Assembly: GCA_964016885.1 (NCBI GenBank)
Contig: OZ024743.1
Location: 226,982,001 to 227,046,000 of the forward strand
From: Eledone cirrhosa
Taxonomy: Eukaryota
DNA: 64,000 nt
Reading direction: 5' to 3'
Shown here: positions 16,867 to 31,330 of the stretch, one piece after another
Numbering within the stretch: the first letter of the stretch is position 1
Layout: each line of letters opens with the position of its first letter
Notes under the pieces: generated by a model
Databases searched by the model: none
Seen by the model: only the letters and a program-made list of their open reading frames with translations
What the model was told of the DNA's origin: nothing
Translations under genes and position numbers: made by a program

Positions 16867-17264
16867 TACACTCGGGACTCGAATATTCGTTCCCACCGTT
16901 TATTAATTTTTCAGACTTTTTCCAACACCCGCCTTCTCTTATTCCAACCCACCCACTTATTAAATTTTGATAATATATTTCCGTGGTAAATTAATTATAA
17001 GTGATAGCATTCATGTGACAAGCAATTTTCTTTAGACATTAAAAACATTATACATAAAAAAGTGCATTACTAGATACGTTGGGTTGCTTTGAGTTCTCAA
17101 TATGTAAACTAAACGACTTATTATTTGTTTTAAATACATCAACGGAGACAACCGAGAAAAATTACCGAATCCACCTGCACCAACCGCCACACTTATTCCA
17201 AATCACCCGCTAATTCCAATTCACCAGCTTATTCCCCACCCCAATTATTTTCGACCCTAGAGTA
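16867..17264. mobile_element. Possible decayed non-autonomous DNA transposon
   Basis: Degenerate inverted ends TACACTCGGGACTCGAAT / TTCGACCCTAGAGTA, with subterminal CTTATTCC-like repeats near both ends. Confidence 0.3.
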
Positions 17265-17939
17265 GGTAAAATATGCAACGTTAAAACGTATCCTTGCAAG
17301 AAAATAACGGAACCTCTAAGCAATTGCTCGGTATACGACATGTAGTATCCAAGTTTCCTTAAACTACTTTCCCAACTTAAATAGAGAGGAGACACATTGG
17401 AAAATATTGTTTTACCTCAATAAAATTTGGGTTGATCATGGTTTGAATTACTTTGATCATGGTTTGAATAGCTGATGAAAGTTAATTAGCAAAAAAAAAA
17501 AAAAACATGTTGATAATAGCAATAATAATAAATATAATCATAAATAAATGAAAAAATAAAGACAATCTTCACAGGTGATTGCGTCATCAATGTATCGGAA
17601 CGTTGGCCTAAGTGTCGACAATCGAGGTTGCTACGAGATTATAGTAGATTTAATGAGTTTTTAATGACTAGTCTCAAATACTTCAATATATCTAGAGAAG
17701 GCAACGAGGTTCTGAATCAGTAGTTGGTGGCCAGAACTGATGTAATGAAATCATCCTCTTTGACTTGTGGTTTCATCTGGACTTCAGTTATAAATAATTT
17801 AGGTAGCGTGTAAGCATTAGATTTCTTTCCCTATATCACACCCGAAATTCTTTTACTCGCGTGTAAAGGTAATAGACACAATGATAACAATTATTCATAT
17901 TCTAAATGGATATCTTCATTATAATTTGATGAAGTGCGT

Positions 17940-18190
17940 AGCTCGTAGATCAGAGAGTCACGCCAGGTAGAGCTGCTACTTTTCCGAATTGAGAGATCAC
18001 AGCTCCGATACTATGGGCATGTTGATAACATGTCTCAGGAAAGATTCGCTGGACAGATTTTTTAAGGGCAAAACCAACAGGGAGGATCCCAAAGGTAGAG
18101 ATAGAGTCAGATGTTTGGATAACATCCATGAATTTGGCTGGTCACAATTGGGGATCCAGCCAGATTTGTTGGACATGGTTTAGAATTTCA
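17940..18190 (+). mobile_element. RTE-clade ORF C-terminal remnant
   Basis: YYGHV.. then PKGRDRVRCLDNIHEFGWSQLGIQP, similar to RTE GRPRxRWxDxIxxLxWxxLGI. Confidence 0.5.
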
Positions 18191-19865
18191 CTAAAGAATA
18201 TTCCTACATTATTCTCTGTTCCTTTTCAGTTAACTTTACAATTCAGCTGGAAATATATTTTGCTAATGTATCACGGCAACAAAAAAAACAAACAAAAAAT
18301 ACAGCAACATCTTTTCTGAACTAGATGCATGCATAATACATCTTTTCAAATATATCACAGATATGTACGATATTGGTGGAACGTAAAAATAAGTGAAGCA
18401 CCCAAATTGAAACACTACTGGTATTGTTATATAGGATCAAGAAATATAAACATTCTCTGTTAGGGTAGTTGAGCATTCAATAGTAATATGGCAATAGTAA
18501 TATGGCAAGAAAGCCATAAGAGAAAGATGGGTATGAATTTCAGCTACATAGATACAACCGAACCTGTATCAAAATACGGATACTTGGTGAAAGAACACAA
18601 CACTGTAACTTGTATGCTATAAAGATCACAATACTTGCTTTAAGAAAGAATAGGCAATAACTTCTTAAACTGTAATAGGAAAATAGTTACGCTAAAGTTG
18701 ACGAGAAGAATGCAACAATTTATTTATGATAATAATCGCAAGTCAGTAGCTAGCCGATAAACATAAACTGTAAATTTACAGCCAGGAAGAAACACATACA
18801 TACTCACATACATTCATACACACATATATGCATACATACATAATTACATATATGCATACATATATACTTATATACGTAATATATATATGCATACATATAT
18901 ACTTATATACGTAATATATACATGCATGCATAAATACATACATACGCACATATATAACTGTATACATATATATACATAAAAATCTACACACATGGATAGA
19001 TACACACATACATACATATATACAGCCATAAATACACGCATGATAACCATACGAAAATTCACACACATACATAAACACGCACCCACACACACATAACTAC
19101 AAAGAGACTAACACACGCTGAAATTTTTACCAAAACACTCCCTAAAGAATTATATAAATCATGACAGTTAATTAATCAAATAATTAATCAAATAATTAAT
19201 GCTAACTATTAGACTATCACGGAGATCCACGTATCTAATTAACGTTACATATAATTTTGCTGGTAATTTTCTCCACGATAGTGAAAGTGAAAGTAGAAAG
19301 TTATATAAAACAAAATAAAGACTGCAAGAATTGATTCTTTATACATAAAACACAAAGGAAACAACTCCCAAGATTCCTAGCGTAATTTGCAGGTGAGAGG
19401 AAGTAAGATCGCGCTACGAAGAAATACACCAGCAAGATATAAAATATAAATTCAAGACAACACATTAAAATGTCTTTCCTCTTACGTCTCTTAATCATCT
19501 CTACTAACTTTCATTTCGTTACATTTTATTCATGCATTTAGTTATTTATATATTTATTTATATATTTTATATATTTCATCTGTTTGTTTTGTTTCATTTT
19601 ATATTATCATAGTTTCTAGTTCTTTCATTAGCTTCTAGTTTTGTATCGTTTTTGTTTTGTAGATTTGATTTAATATTTAGGGAACTGGAGTGATGGTGAT
19701 TGTGATATATTGGTGTGTATGTTATTTTTATTATTTATTGTTTGTTTTAATTACTGCTTTTGTGTCATGTTATTTTGTAACGACGGTAACATATGTATGT
19801 ATATACGAATGTATGTATGTTTTCCTGTATGTGAATGTACATATATATATACATACACATTTATG

Positions 19866-19947
<82 letters not shown>

Positions 19948-19950
19948 CAC

Positions 19951-19985
<35 letters not shown>

Positions 19986-19988
19986 TAT

Positions 19989-20030
<42 letters not shown>

Positions 20031-20031
20031 G

Positions 20032-20069
<38 letters not shown>

Positions 20070-20132
20070 TGCATATATATGTATATGTATATATATAATG
20101 AATGTATATATATATACATATATATAAACATA

Positions 20133-20164
<32 letters not shown>

Positions 20165-20280
20165 CATATATGTATATGTATATACACTATATATACACAC
20201 ACATTCACATACACTTAAAAACATACATAAATTCATGCGCACAAGCAGACGTACATAGTTATTTTACCCCCTCCACACAC

Positions 20281-20361
<81 letters not shown>

Positions 20362-20681
20362 TGTCTGTGTGTCTGTGTGTCTGTGTAGATAGATATATAG
20401 ATAAATAGATAGTGAGATGCGTATATATATTTCATTATATTGAGTCAACACTCAACAGATAAATGAAGATAAATCTACATATCTCAATGCGCATATACGT
20501 GTATTTCAAGCGAGCAACATTCAAGTTAAATAACATATGCGGTATTCGAAGGTTTCGAATCCAATACATTCATATGAATATGCATATATATTTATATATA
20601 TATATATATATATATATGTGTGGAGGGGGTAAAATAACTATGTACGTCTGCATGTGCGCATGAATTTATGTATGTTTTTAA

Positions 20682-20712
<31 letters not shown>

Positions 20713-20715
20713 GTG

Positions 20716-20747
<32 letters not shown>

Positions 20748-20840
20748 TATATACATATATATATGATATATATATATATACATATATATATGAGATATAT
20801 ATATATATATATTTATACATATGATATATGTATATATCAA

Positions 20841-20901
<61 letters not shown>

Positions 20902-22482
20902 TTAGATACATACACATATACACACACACATATATAAGTACATATATATTATGTGTAGATATATATGTATGGTCGTATTTATTTGTCTATGTGTGTCTCC
21001 GTGTTTGTGTGTATGTATAGAGCGGCATATGTAATTATTTAGAAATTGTGGGTTTCGTGTCTGCGTATTGTATGGCATTAATTATTATATATCATGTTGT
21101 GCTATTTTCTTAAAATTTCAATGATCATTGATTTTTCACACATAAACATTAGGCCGTTATCAGTTTACACATCTCTCATTTCCATTCATAACGAAGCTCA
21201 TTGTTCATTATATACTTGTATCTTTGCGTAGTTATGTAGTTGCATAGACGTGTTGTTGTATGTCTATGTAGCTATGTAGGTGCGTGCTCGTGTAGTAATA
21301 TAGTCGCATGCGTGTGTAGTTGTTCTATGTAATTCCTTCTTCGTGAAGAATTAGAAGGAAAGACTCAGGAGACTTGCCAAACCTTTCACAATTTTTGAAT
21401 GATATTAAGTTAAAATATTATACACCATTTATAAGAATTCTCATGGGGAGGGTGAGAGGAAAACTGAGATGGGAAAAGTGAGAGGGTGTTGAGAAAGTGT
21501 AAATATAAAACTGAAACCGAAACTGAAATAGAGATAGATTGAAACAAAGACATAGTGGGTGAAAGACTTGAGGAGAAAAAATAAATATCGTTTCGAGCGA
21601 TGTCTTTCATTCCCTAATTCTCATCCGTACTTCAATGCAAGACGCTACGGAAACGTCTGATAATTTATTTGCACATATAGACCAATAATGTTTTATATCA
21701 AATAGAGACACCCATGTTGACACGATATATTTGTAATAGCAGATGCCTATACTATTGTTATTTGAATTTAACACATAATCAATTGTTGTAACATATCTTG
21801 CCTAACATATCAGGTCCGGTATGCGAATCTAACCAATTTTAGTGCCAGGGATATGCATACCAGTTTCTTATAACAGAATTTGTACGTAACTAACAATATG
21901 TACGCTACATAATATGCACAGCCGAAAATACCGATTTCCAGCCAGTTGATCTTAGCCCTCATAAATTAATCAAGCGTTGCCTGATTTGAAACATTTTATT
22001 CAAGAAACATAAACACATTTTCGAAGCGACTTAATCATTTAAAATTCAAATATTTGTCTTCTTGCATCATCAAGAGCCATATATACATACAAGTACATTC
22101 ACACGCACATATTCAAACATACACACAAGTAAAAATCCAAACACTCGCAAATACACACACAAGCACACACCATTATTTAACCTTAAATACAGGGATATTA
22201 TTATCATTATTATTTCATATAAAATACAATATTCGAATATATTTGTATATTGCGTATGGTTGCAGTTGTCCCAGCAATTAATGTTTATTACTACATAAAC
22301 ACAGAGAAAACAGAATCATTATCATCGAGAGGCTCTCGTAAAGAATTCTGTGAAAAAGCCCGTGGAGAACTAAAATAAAAGCGCTGGAATAATCTCCTTT
22401 TATTAAACATATTCACAAGATTTAAAGCAAATTTTCTAGATCTTAAAATTAGGTAGCGATTTTTAAGGGCACCATGAATAAT

Positions 22483-22672
22483 TGTTTCTACTTTTGGCAC
22501 AATGCCAGCAATTATCCCAGTGTATTACAGATGCTTCATTTTATCGACTATGTAAGGATGAAAGCCAAAGTTAACTACGGCGGGATTATAACTCAGACCA
22601 TATAGAGCCGTAACTCTTTGCTGCAAAGCATGGTGTCAGACCTTCTACCAATACTGCCAATCCACCACCCTG
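22483..22672 (-). mobile_element. tRNA-derived SINE, family 1
   Basis: Full head-body-tail match to the copy at 23180-23375. Confidence 0.85.
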
Positions 22673-23052
22673 GCTCCCTGAATAATGAATGAGATAGTAT
22701 ATTTTAATGAGCAATGAGAGAAGTACTGAAATATGTTTGGATAGTGAATTCATTTATTCACAACAATAATCTATTTGTAATGGGGGTGATTTGTATCATG
22801 TCGCCCCAGTTTTACTTTGTAAGAGTAAATTATGTAATGTTTGCAACGAAAGTAAATGATAATTGAGTAACGAAAGAAAGAGGAAACAGGGAGCAGCAGG
22901 TTTCACTTTTCTTGGCGACCGCCAAAAATGTCTATTTTCGACGCAGTGCTGCAACCAGCTTGGTGTTCACCAGGAATGTGTTCTGATGTGTTTAAGCATT
23001 ACGTTTTCTGTTGTTATTTTTGTTGATGTCTTTGTTCATTTTCATGTTATTG

Positions 23053-23575
23053 CAAATCCCGCCGTGGTTAACTTTGCCTTTCATCCTTACGGGGTCGATA
23101 AAATAAAGTACCAGTAATACACTGGAATAATTGCTGGCCTTGTGCCAAAAGTAGAAACAATTATTATTATTATTTGCTTTAGGGTGGATTGGCAGTATCA
23201 GTAGAGGGTCGGACGCTATGCTTTGCAGCAAAAAAGAGTTATTTCCCTTTATGGTCTGAGTTCAAATCCCGCCGAGGTTAACTTTGCCTTTCATCCTTAC
23301 GGGGTCGATAAAATAAAGTACTAGTAATACACTGGGATAATTGCTGGCATTGTGCCAAACGTAGAAACAATTATTAATTGCTTTAGGGCTGTGGATTAGC
23401 AGTATCGGTATAGTGTCGGACAATATGCTTTACGGCATAGAGTTACGCTTAGGTTACCTTTTCATTCATCCTTGCGGGGTCGATAAAATAAAGTACTCGT
23501 AACGAACTGGGTTGATTTAATCGACTTTCCCCTCCCCAAAAATTTCTGGCCTTGTGCCTATATAAGAAACCATTA
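23053..23575 (+). mobile_element. Three head-to-tail family 1 SINE copies
   Basis: Three occurrences of TTCATCCTT(A/G)CGGGGTCGATAAAATAAAGTA, separated by ATT-rich tails. Confidence 0.9.
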
Positions 23576-23838
23576 TTTTGTTGTCTACTTATATCAGATT
23601 ATTTCGAATTTCATTTTGTCAATTTAAATATAAAAAAAAAAACAGAAACATTAAATAAACCAACAGTAACAACATCTGATCAACAATAAAACAAAATAGA
23701 ATTTGTAATTGTATAAAAAAAAATATACCTTGTGATAAACAAGCTGGTTTTAGTAGAGCTTTTTAAAAGATGTAGCTCAACCACTGCAGATGTAATACCA
23801 GCGACAGTCTAACATAGTAAATGGGTTACGTCATTAGG

Positions 23839-24042
23839 AAGGATCACCATCATGATCCTGATTATAAAGTTGGCTGGATTAGAACTTTCAACCTGTATAG
23901 TTTGACAAAGTAATTATGTCACGTTATTATCAAAGATCACCATCATGATCCTGATTATAAAGTTGGTGTGATTAGAACTCTCAACCTGTATAGTTTGACA
24001 AAGTAAGTTTGTCACATTATTATCAAGGATCACAATCATGAT
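23839..24042. repeat. ~93-bp tandem duplication, about 2.2 units
   Basis: GATCACCATCATGAT recurs at ~23842, ~23935 and ~24028. Confidence 0.85.
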
Positions 24043-24534
24043 ACCTCTTTATATACTTTGTGGAAGAACTAATTAAAACTAGTTAAATAGTTTGAAAGAT
24101 ATAATCAGCATTGATTAAGGAATTTATTTGATACTGCTTTTAATCTCGTGGTAGTGTTAATTTCACCATAAATGCACTATAAATACACTATAGATACAAT
24201 TAGTTACAAAAAGGAATATATAAGTAATAAAAGTATTTAAATCTATATAGCAGAATGAAATTAAATAATCATTCTAAAAAACAGTTGAAGGATTATTTAT
24301 TTTATGACAGTTACTATAACCCTAATTTTTAGTTAATGCAATTATCGAATGTTTTAAATAATGGATACATAGAGAAGATTAATTTCTTCTGAGTGATTAC
24401 TTTTATTCCTTATTGTAATCGTATAAACATAAAGTCTGTGACTTTAAAATAAATCATAACTTTGAATGTAATGTTACTAATGGAAAATATGAATTAGTAT
24501 GACATCACTGTATTTCCATAAAAAAAATTTTTTT

Positions 24535-24820
24535 CTACTTTAGGCACAAGGCCAGCAACTACCCAATGCATTACTGGTTCTTTATTTTATCGACCCCGTA
24601 AGGATGAAAGGGAAAGTCAACTGTATTTCCATAAAAAATAATATTCGACATTCAAGGGGAAATAAATTCCGCCTTTTTTTTTAAAGGCACAATGTGAAGA
24701 ATTTTGAAGAGAGGGAAATGGAGAATAAATTCACCCCAGTACGTAACAGGTGCATTATTCTATCGACCCACAAAGGATGAAAGACAAAGTTGACATAGAC
24801 AGGATTTGACCATAGCATTC
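24535..24820 (-). mobile_element. Two partial family 1 SINE copies
   Basis: TATCGACCC..AAGGATGAAAG cores at ~24590 and ~24762. Confidence 0.7.
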
Positions 24821-25918
24821 TGGAACAAATAATACAATGCTTTAACGTTTGCCAATTCGTAGTGCCAAATGAATGACGATCTCTGTTGAACTCAAGGTAA
24901 ATGAGATACTCATGCAACTGATCATTCATATTCAGCAATATATAGTAAACATGTCTGTGAAGTATATACTTGGCTGAGTCGACAATAATCTCTAAGGATG
25001 ACATATAAATGCTGTGTATGTTGACTATTTTATTCGACTGTTTGTAGTTATCAATTTTTTAAAGGGCCATTTATAGCATTTGCAGTGAAAGGAAACAGTA
25101 TAATCAGCGATAAAGTAACAAAGTGAAAAGAGATAAAGAAATCCTTATGGAAAAATACAAGTGAAATGGTAAGGAAACTTGAAAGAAAATAAATAGTAAT
25201 GATGCTCACAACTAGTTTCTATAAGCACAACGTTAAAACTCATCTCTCATTACGGCACACAGAATTATATTAATATAATTAAACTAGTTTTTGTTTAGCG
25301 CTAGATTTACTCTGTACGAATATAATAGAGCCATGATCAAAGCTTTTCTAGACATGAACAACCCATATTTTTTCAGGCATGGGCTATCTACGACTACATT
25401 ATATAATATGTACATCCTTTTGTAATAAGGTATAATGCGAAAGTCACTGAGCTAGGATACCATTTCCAGCACGTTAACTCCACACATCGTGGCTTAATAT
25501 TCTGTATGACCAACAGCATCATCATTACTATATACACTATTATACTAAAACGAAAACAGAATCAGTAACAGCATTATCAGAGATATACTCTCTAGAATAC
25601 TGTACAGAAATCGGCTTGTGTAGTTGAACAAATTTGATAAACCATTATACGCTGACTGAAAGTTTCACGCAGATATTTGCTTCGAATAGTATAACAGGTA
25701 ATTTTTGTTTATTTGTTAGGATAGCTATTCACTAAAATTCAAACACTTGATAGGTCTGCCCAATTTTTTTCTATGTTTAAACAATTAATGCCAAACAAAA
25801 TTGCCATTAATGCCAGAGAATAATAAAAGTGTCTCCAGTAAGGTCAATTTAAAATGATTCCTCAGCTATTCAAGCTGTAATCTTTTTAGTAAATGAGGTT
25901 TTTTAATTCTTCTTTTAC

Positions 25919-25951
<33 letters not shown>

Positions 25952-26743
25952 CATATATCTATATATACATACATATATATATATACATTCATATATATAT
26001 ACATGTGTGTGTGTATGTGTGGGTGTGTGTGTGTGTGTGTGAGTGTGTGTGTGTGTGTGTTTGTGTATATATATATATAATAATAATAATTATTATTATT
26101 ATTGTTATTATTATTTTCATTATTGTTATTGTTATTACCAATCCCTTGATGACAATATAATTTTCTTGTGTTTCCATTCATTTTCTTTTGTTTTTCAAGA
26201 TTTAAAAAGTTTTATGTTGAATCGCTTGACCTCCTTCATTTAAGTGAACTGAAAGAAACTTCCATATTTTACGAGCTTCTTTAAAATTCCCGTCTCAGAG
26301 AGATGAGGCCTTTCATTGTGTTAAGAAACTACTTTACGACGTTGAGAAAAGCAAAACCTAAAAGAAAGGAAGATATACACAAAATATTCCATTAGTAGTT
26401 CCTAGGATAGGTTATATAGCTTTAGATTGTATCTCCCCGGTATATATAATATATTATAAATAAAATAACTCATTGCTGTCACCCAGTGATATCTTTGAAT
26501 TAAATAAGATAGAAGCTTACTTTTACAAACGCATAGTTGTTTTCTTTTAAAACTGATTCTCATAAAGAAAGCTATTTACTGCAGTCGCGTTTTATCTATA
26601 TGATTAAGTAAATAGACAACAACAACATACACAATTATATATATATATATATATATATAGATAGATAGATAGATAGATATGTAAATATATATATATATAG
26701 ATATGTAAATATGAATATACATACATACATTAATATATATATG

Positions 26744-26844
<101 letters not shown>

Positions 26845-26989
26845 ATATATATATCTATATGTATATACTAGCTATAAAGATATGTATATTTATGTATACA
26901 TGTCTGTATATATATGTTTTCATACATATATATATATATATATAAAGATATACATATAGATATATATATAGATATATACACATACACAC

Positions 26990-27063
<74 letters not shown>

Positions 27064-27497
27064 GTCTGTGTGGACATCTGTACGTGTGTGTAGGACTGTA
27101 ATTTTTCCACAATAAGCTAGACAAAGTGATAGAGAAGAAATGGAGATATTAAACAGAATCGTGAGTTCATTTGGATTTATATTAAAATTATGACTACAAA
27201 GAAAGAAAAAACTCCTACATAACCAACACCGCCAAAATCACTGTAAGCAGCTTCACCACAATCACAACCAATATCACCACCACCAGCATCAAGAGGAACA
27301 CCCAATAATTTAAAAAATAAATCTCTACCGTTTGTATTTTATTGTTGCTATTTTTGTCATTTTTATTTTCTGTTTTCTTTCTCGTTCTTCGAGATTAATG
27401 TTGTGGATGATTGTTAAAGAAAAGAAAAATCGAACAAATATCGTGTTAGTCGTTGGCATGGTAACTGAAATAAACATGTAATAAGAAGTCATTTTGG

Positions 27498-27602
27498 AAG
27501 AAGAAGAAGAAGAAGAAGAAGAAGAAGAAGAAGAAGAAGAAGAAGAAGAAGAAGAAGAAGAAGAAGAAGAAGAAGAAGAAGAAGAAGAAGAAGAAGAAGA
27601 AG
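27498..27602. repeat. (GAA)n microsatellite
   Basis: Directly visible. Confidence 0.95.
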
Positions 27603-27691
27603 AGAACTAAGAAGTAGAAGTAACAGAAGGAGGGTAATGAGGAAAAAGCGACGAAGAAGAAGGGGAAGGAGGAAGGGGATGATGATGATGA

Positions 27692-27723
<32 letters not shown>

Positions 27724-27751
27724 ATTCGTTTAATAATAATAATAATAATAA

Positions 27752-29116
27752 GGCGTGAAGATCAAGATAGTTTGTCCCGTCTGTTGTTTGTCCTTGCCCT
27801 GATCCCTCTGACCATTATACTGCGAAAAGTGAGAGCAGGATACAAGTTGGGAAAGGGAGAGCTTACCATCAACCACCTCCTCTTCATGGACCATCTTAAG
27901 CTCTTCGGGAAGAGTGAGAAGGAGTTGGATGTGCTTGTTGACACTGTTCGTATTTTCAGCAATGATATATGTATGCAATTTGGTATTAGTAAGTGTGGAG
28001 TCCTAGTGATGAAGAGGGGTGAATTGAGCAGAAGCAACGGAATCCAGGTACCAACATGTGAGATGATAAAGGAAATTGACACTGAAGAAGGATACAAATA
28101 TTTGGTGTTCTTGGAGGCACATGACATCAAGAACAAAAAAATGAAGGAATTGATAATATCTGAATACATTCGGAGAATAAGGAGCGTATTAAAGTCACAT
28201 CTGAACAATAGGAATGCCATAAGTGCAGTAAATTCCCGAGCTGTGTCTATTATTAGGTACAGTGCGGGAATTCTGAGATGGAATGTTGCTGAACAAAAAG
28301 AAAAGGATAGGAAGCTATTGACTATCTACAACATGTTCCACAAGAGGAGTGATGTCGATAGGAGATCTGAAGGTGGAAGAGGTCTTATCAGCATAGAGGA
28401 CTGTGTTCAGATGGAGAAAAACATCCTACACAAATACGTGACAGATAATATGGAGCCAATGCTCAGAATTGTACTGAAGGAGAGGACAATAGACCAGGGG
28501 ATATCCAAGGAGGAAATAACAACAACGAGAAAGAGCACCTTCATGAAAGATCCCTTCATAGTACCTTCTTTGAGAAAACTGAATTTAGAGATCCACAGAC
28601 ATGGAACTGGTTGAAAAGAGGAGACCTTAAAAAGGCTACAGAAGGAACGCTAATGGCTGCGCAAGAGCAGGCCCTCAAGACGAAGTGGGTGAAACACTAT
28701 ATTTACAAGGAGGAGGCTAGCCCGCTAGCCCACTGTGTAGGATCTGTAGAAAGAGAGAGGAGACTGTGGATCACATTATATCCGAGTGTAAACACCTAGC
28801 CCAGACTCACTATAAAGGCTGGAGACATGATGTGATGGGCAGGGTGATCCACTGGCACCTATGCAAAGTAAACAATTTACCACATTCTAAGAAGTGGTAT
28901 GAGCATAAGCCAGAGTCGGTGATAGAAAACGATCAGGTGAAGGTGCTGTGGGATTTTAGGATACAGACGGACAAGAAACTGGAACACAATAGACCTGACC
29001 TGGTAGTTTTGGACAAGGACAAAAGATCGTGCCTGATTGTAGATGTAGCCTGCCCATTCGACACGAGAGAGTAAGAGAAGGAGAGGGAGGAAATTAACCG
29101 ATACCAGGACTTAAAG
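27752..29116 (+). mobile_element. R4/Dong-like RLE non-LTR element (family A), 5'-truncated and missing its own 3' end
   Basis: QDSLSRLLF, INHLLFMDHLKLF (YMDD), EGGRGL, TEGTLMAAQEQAL, DHIISEC..RHD, WDFRIQTD..RPDLVV..VDVACP. Preceded by (AAT)n. Confidence 0.9.
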
Positions 29117-29237
29117 TGTTCTTTCTTGAACATGGCGGACCTTGTTGTCTCTTGAGGTCACTGGTTGTGACTTGGTGATAACTCGTATGAACATAAAGCA
29201 AGATAAATGCAACTGTAATAATAATAATAATAATAAT
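29117..29237 (+). mobile_element. Isolated 3' UTR and (AAT)n tail of R4/Dong family B
   Basis: Near-identical to 30803-30932 and 2084-2177. Confidence 0.85.
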
Positions 29238-30901
29238 CACTTGTTCTACATTGATAACCTTAAACTATTTGCAAAAAATGATGAGCAATTGAAAGGGCTA
29301 TTATTCACTGTGAAGCAGTTCAATGAGGATATTAAAATGGAGTTAGGACTAGACAAATGCGCCAAAGCCACGTTCACCAGAGGAAAGCTGCTGAGAAGTT
29401 CAGACATTAATCTTGATCGGGGAATGTGATAAGAGAACTTGATCGAGAGGAAACTTACAAATATTTAGGTGTTTGTGAAGAGACGGTATCAAGCAATCTA
29501 CAATGAGTGAAAGGATAAGGAAGGAATGTTACCGCAGAGTAAGAGAAATCTTAAGAACGGAACTGAATGCAAGGAATAGGCTCGATACCATAAACACGCT
29601 TGCCATACCAGTAATAACCTACAGTTTCAATGTCATCAACTGCTCAAGCACAGATATTCGTAGGCTCGATACAAAAATTAGAAAATTCTTAACCAAGTAC
29701 AGAATGCATCACCCTAAAGCAGATACAGATAGAATATATCTCCCTAGGAAAGTAGGAGGACGGGGATTAATCCAATAAGATATTGCTTTGAAAACTGCAA
29801 CAATTGGATTATCTACATATCTAAGGGAATCACATGATTGGATGATCAATCTCGTTTTGAAACATGAAAGCATCAAAAGATCATACTCCATTAAAAAAGA
29901 TGCACAAAGATACAGTAATGAACTACAAATTTCAGAAGTTCGATTTACTGCTGAAACGAAAAACACACCGAATAAGCAAAGCAGGTAAAAATAACTGCAA
30001 AAAAAGAACTACTATAGAAACTGGCTAAGAAATGGCAAGAAAAGCCTCTGTATGGAAAATACCCCAAAAGAGCTAACAATCCTGATGTCGACAAAACTTT
30101 AACCCATCAGTGGTTGGCATCATCTGGACTGAAATCGGAGACTGAAGGATTGATTATATCAGCACAAGATCAGTGTCTGCCAACAGAAAATTATCAAGCC
30201 AACAATAAAAATTGGATGCCGTGTATGTAAAAAACAACCAGAGACCATTGATCATATAATTTCAATGTGCAGTCCTATAACTGCAACCAAATACCTAAAC
30301 AGGCACGACATAGCTGCACAATACATACATTGGATAATGTGTAAGCATTTTGACCTGCCCCATCAAAATAATTGGTGGGAACATCAACCAGCTCCCGTAC
30401 CTGAAAAATATCACATCTCAATCTTGTGGAACATTAGCATCCAAACCGACCGAAACATAGACCTGATATAATACTGAAGGACTTTAAAAAGAGGGTATGC
30501 CTGCTAATTGATATGTCCGTTCCAATAGACAAGAAGGTATCTATAAAAACATTTGAAAAATTGAGCAAGTATAAGGACCTGGAGATAGAAATTGGAAAAA
30601 TGTGGAAGTTGAGAACAAAAACAATACCAGTGGTTGAAAGGGGCCTAATGATTACTTATCGCAAATCCCAAGAAACCCGCGTATAGGAAAAATACAAAAG
30701 ATATTACTAATGGGAACTGCCCATACACTAAGGAAGATTCTGTCAATATAAGTACATCACAATATAAGTCTAAACACCTAAGGATGCATGTGTGTGTATG
30801 TGTGTTCTTTCTTGAACACGGCGGACCTTATTGTCTCTTGAGGTCACTGGTTGTGACTTGGTGATAACTCGTATGAACATAAAGGCAAGATAAATGCAAC
30901 T

Positions 30902-30932
<31 letters not shown>
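29238..30932 (+). mobile_element. R4/Dong-like RLE non-LTR element (family B), 5'-truncated, flanked by (AAT)n on both sides
   Basis: NHLFYIDNLKLF, GLDKCA, RIYLPRKVGGRGL, ETEGLIISAQDQ, ETIDHIISMC..RHD, RLE region, 3' UTR, (AAT)n tail. Contains stops and frameshifts. Confidence 0.9.
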
Positions 30933-30934
<2 letters not shown>

Positions 30935-31330
30935 TTTTCTTTATTAATCACGGGTGTTGACATAAAGAATAACATTAAGGACAGAACATGACGGTACAGG
31001 ACGTTAGAAATCGGCATTACTGCGTATAAAGGAAAAAAACAAAGAAAATGACAAAAAGAAACAAAGGAAAATTCCCCAATAGGGAGGTGACTTCCGGGGG
31101 ACACTCGTGGAGAAAGCCCATTAAAAAAGCCACGGTAACCTTTATCACCAGGACAAGTGCCCTCTCCCTGTTTTCCACCTTCAATTTACACGCACATACT
31201 CAGAGCAGGCCCATTCACTCGGGCCATGCTTGCCTCTCTCAACCATCTTTCAACAACATGCTGGGGTGAGATCACTCCCTTGTCCACCCTGATTTTATTT
31301 TTCTCCATAAATCTGCAGGGATTTTGTTTA
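30933..31330 (-). mobile_element. 3'-terminal fragment of a Tx1-like LINE
   Basis: RWLREASMARVNGPALSM matches the C-terminus at 33138-33240 (RWMKVARMARVNGPSL). AATAAA and an (ATT)n tail are on the - strand. Confidence 0.8.
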
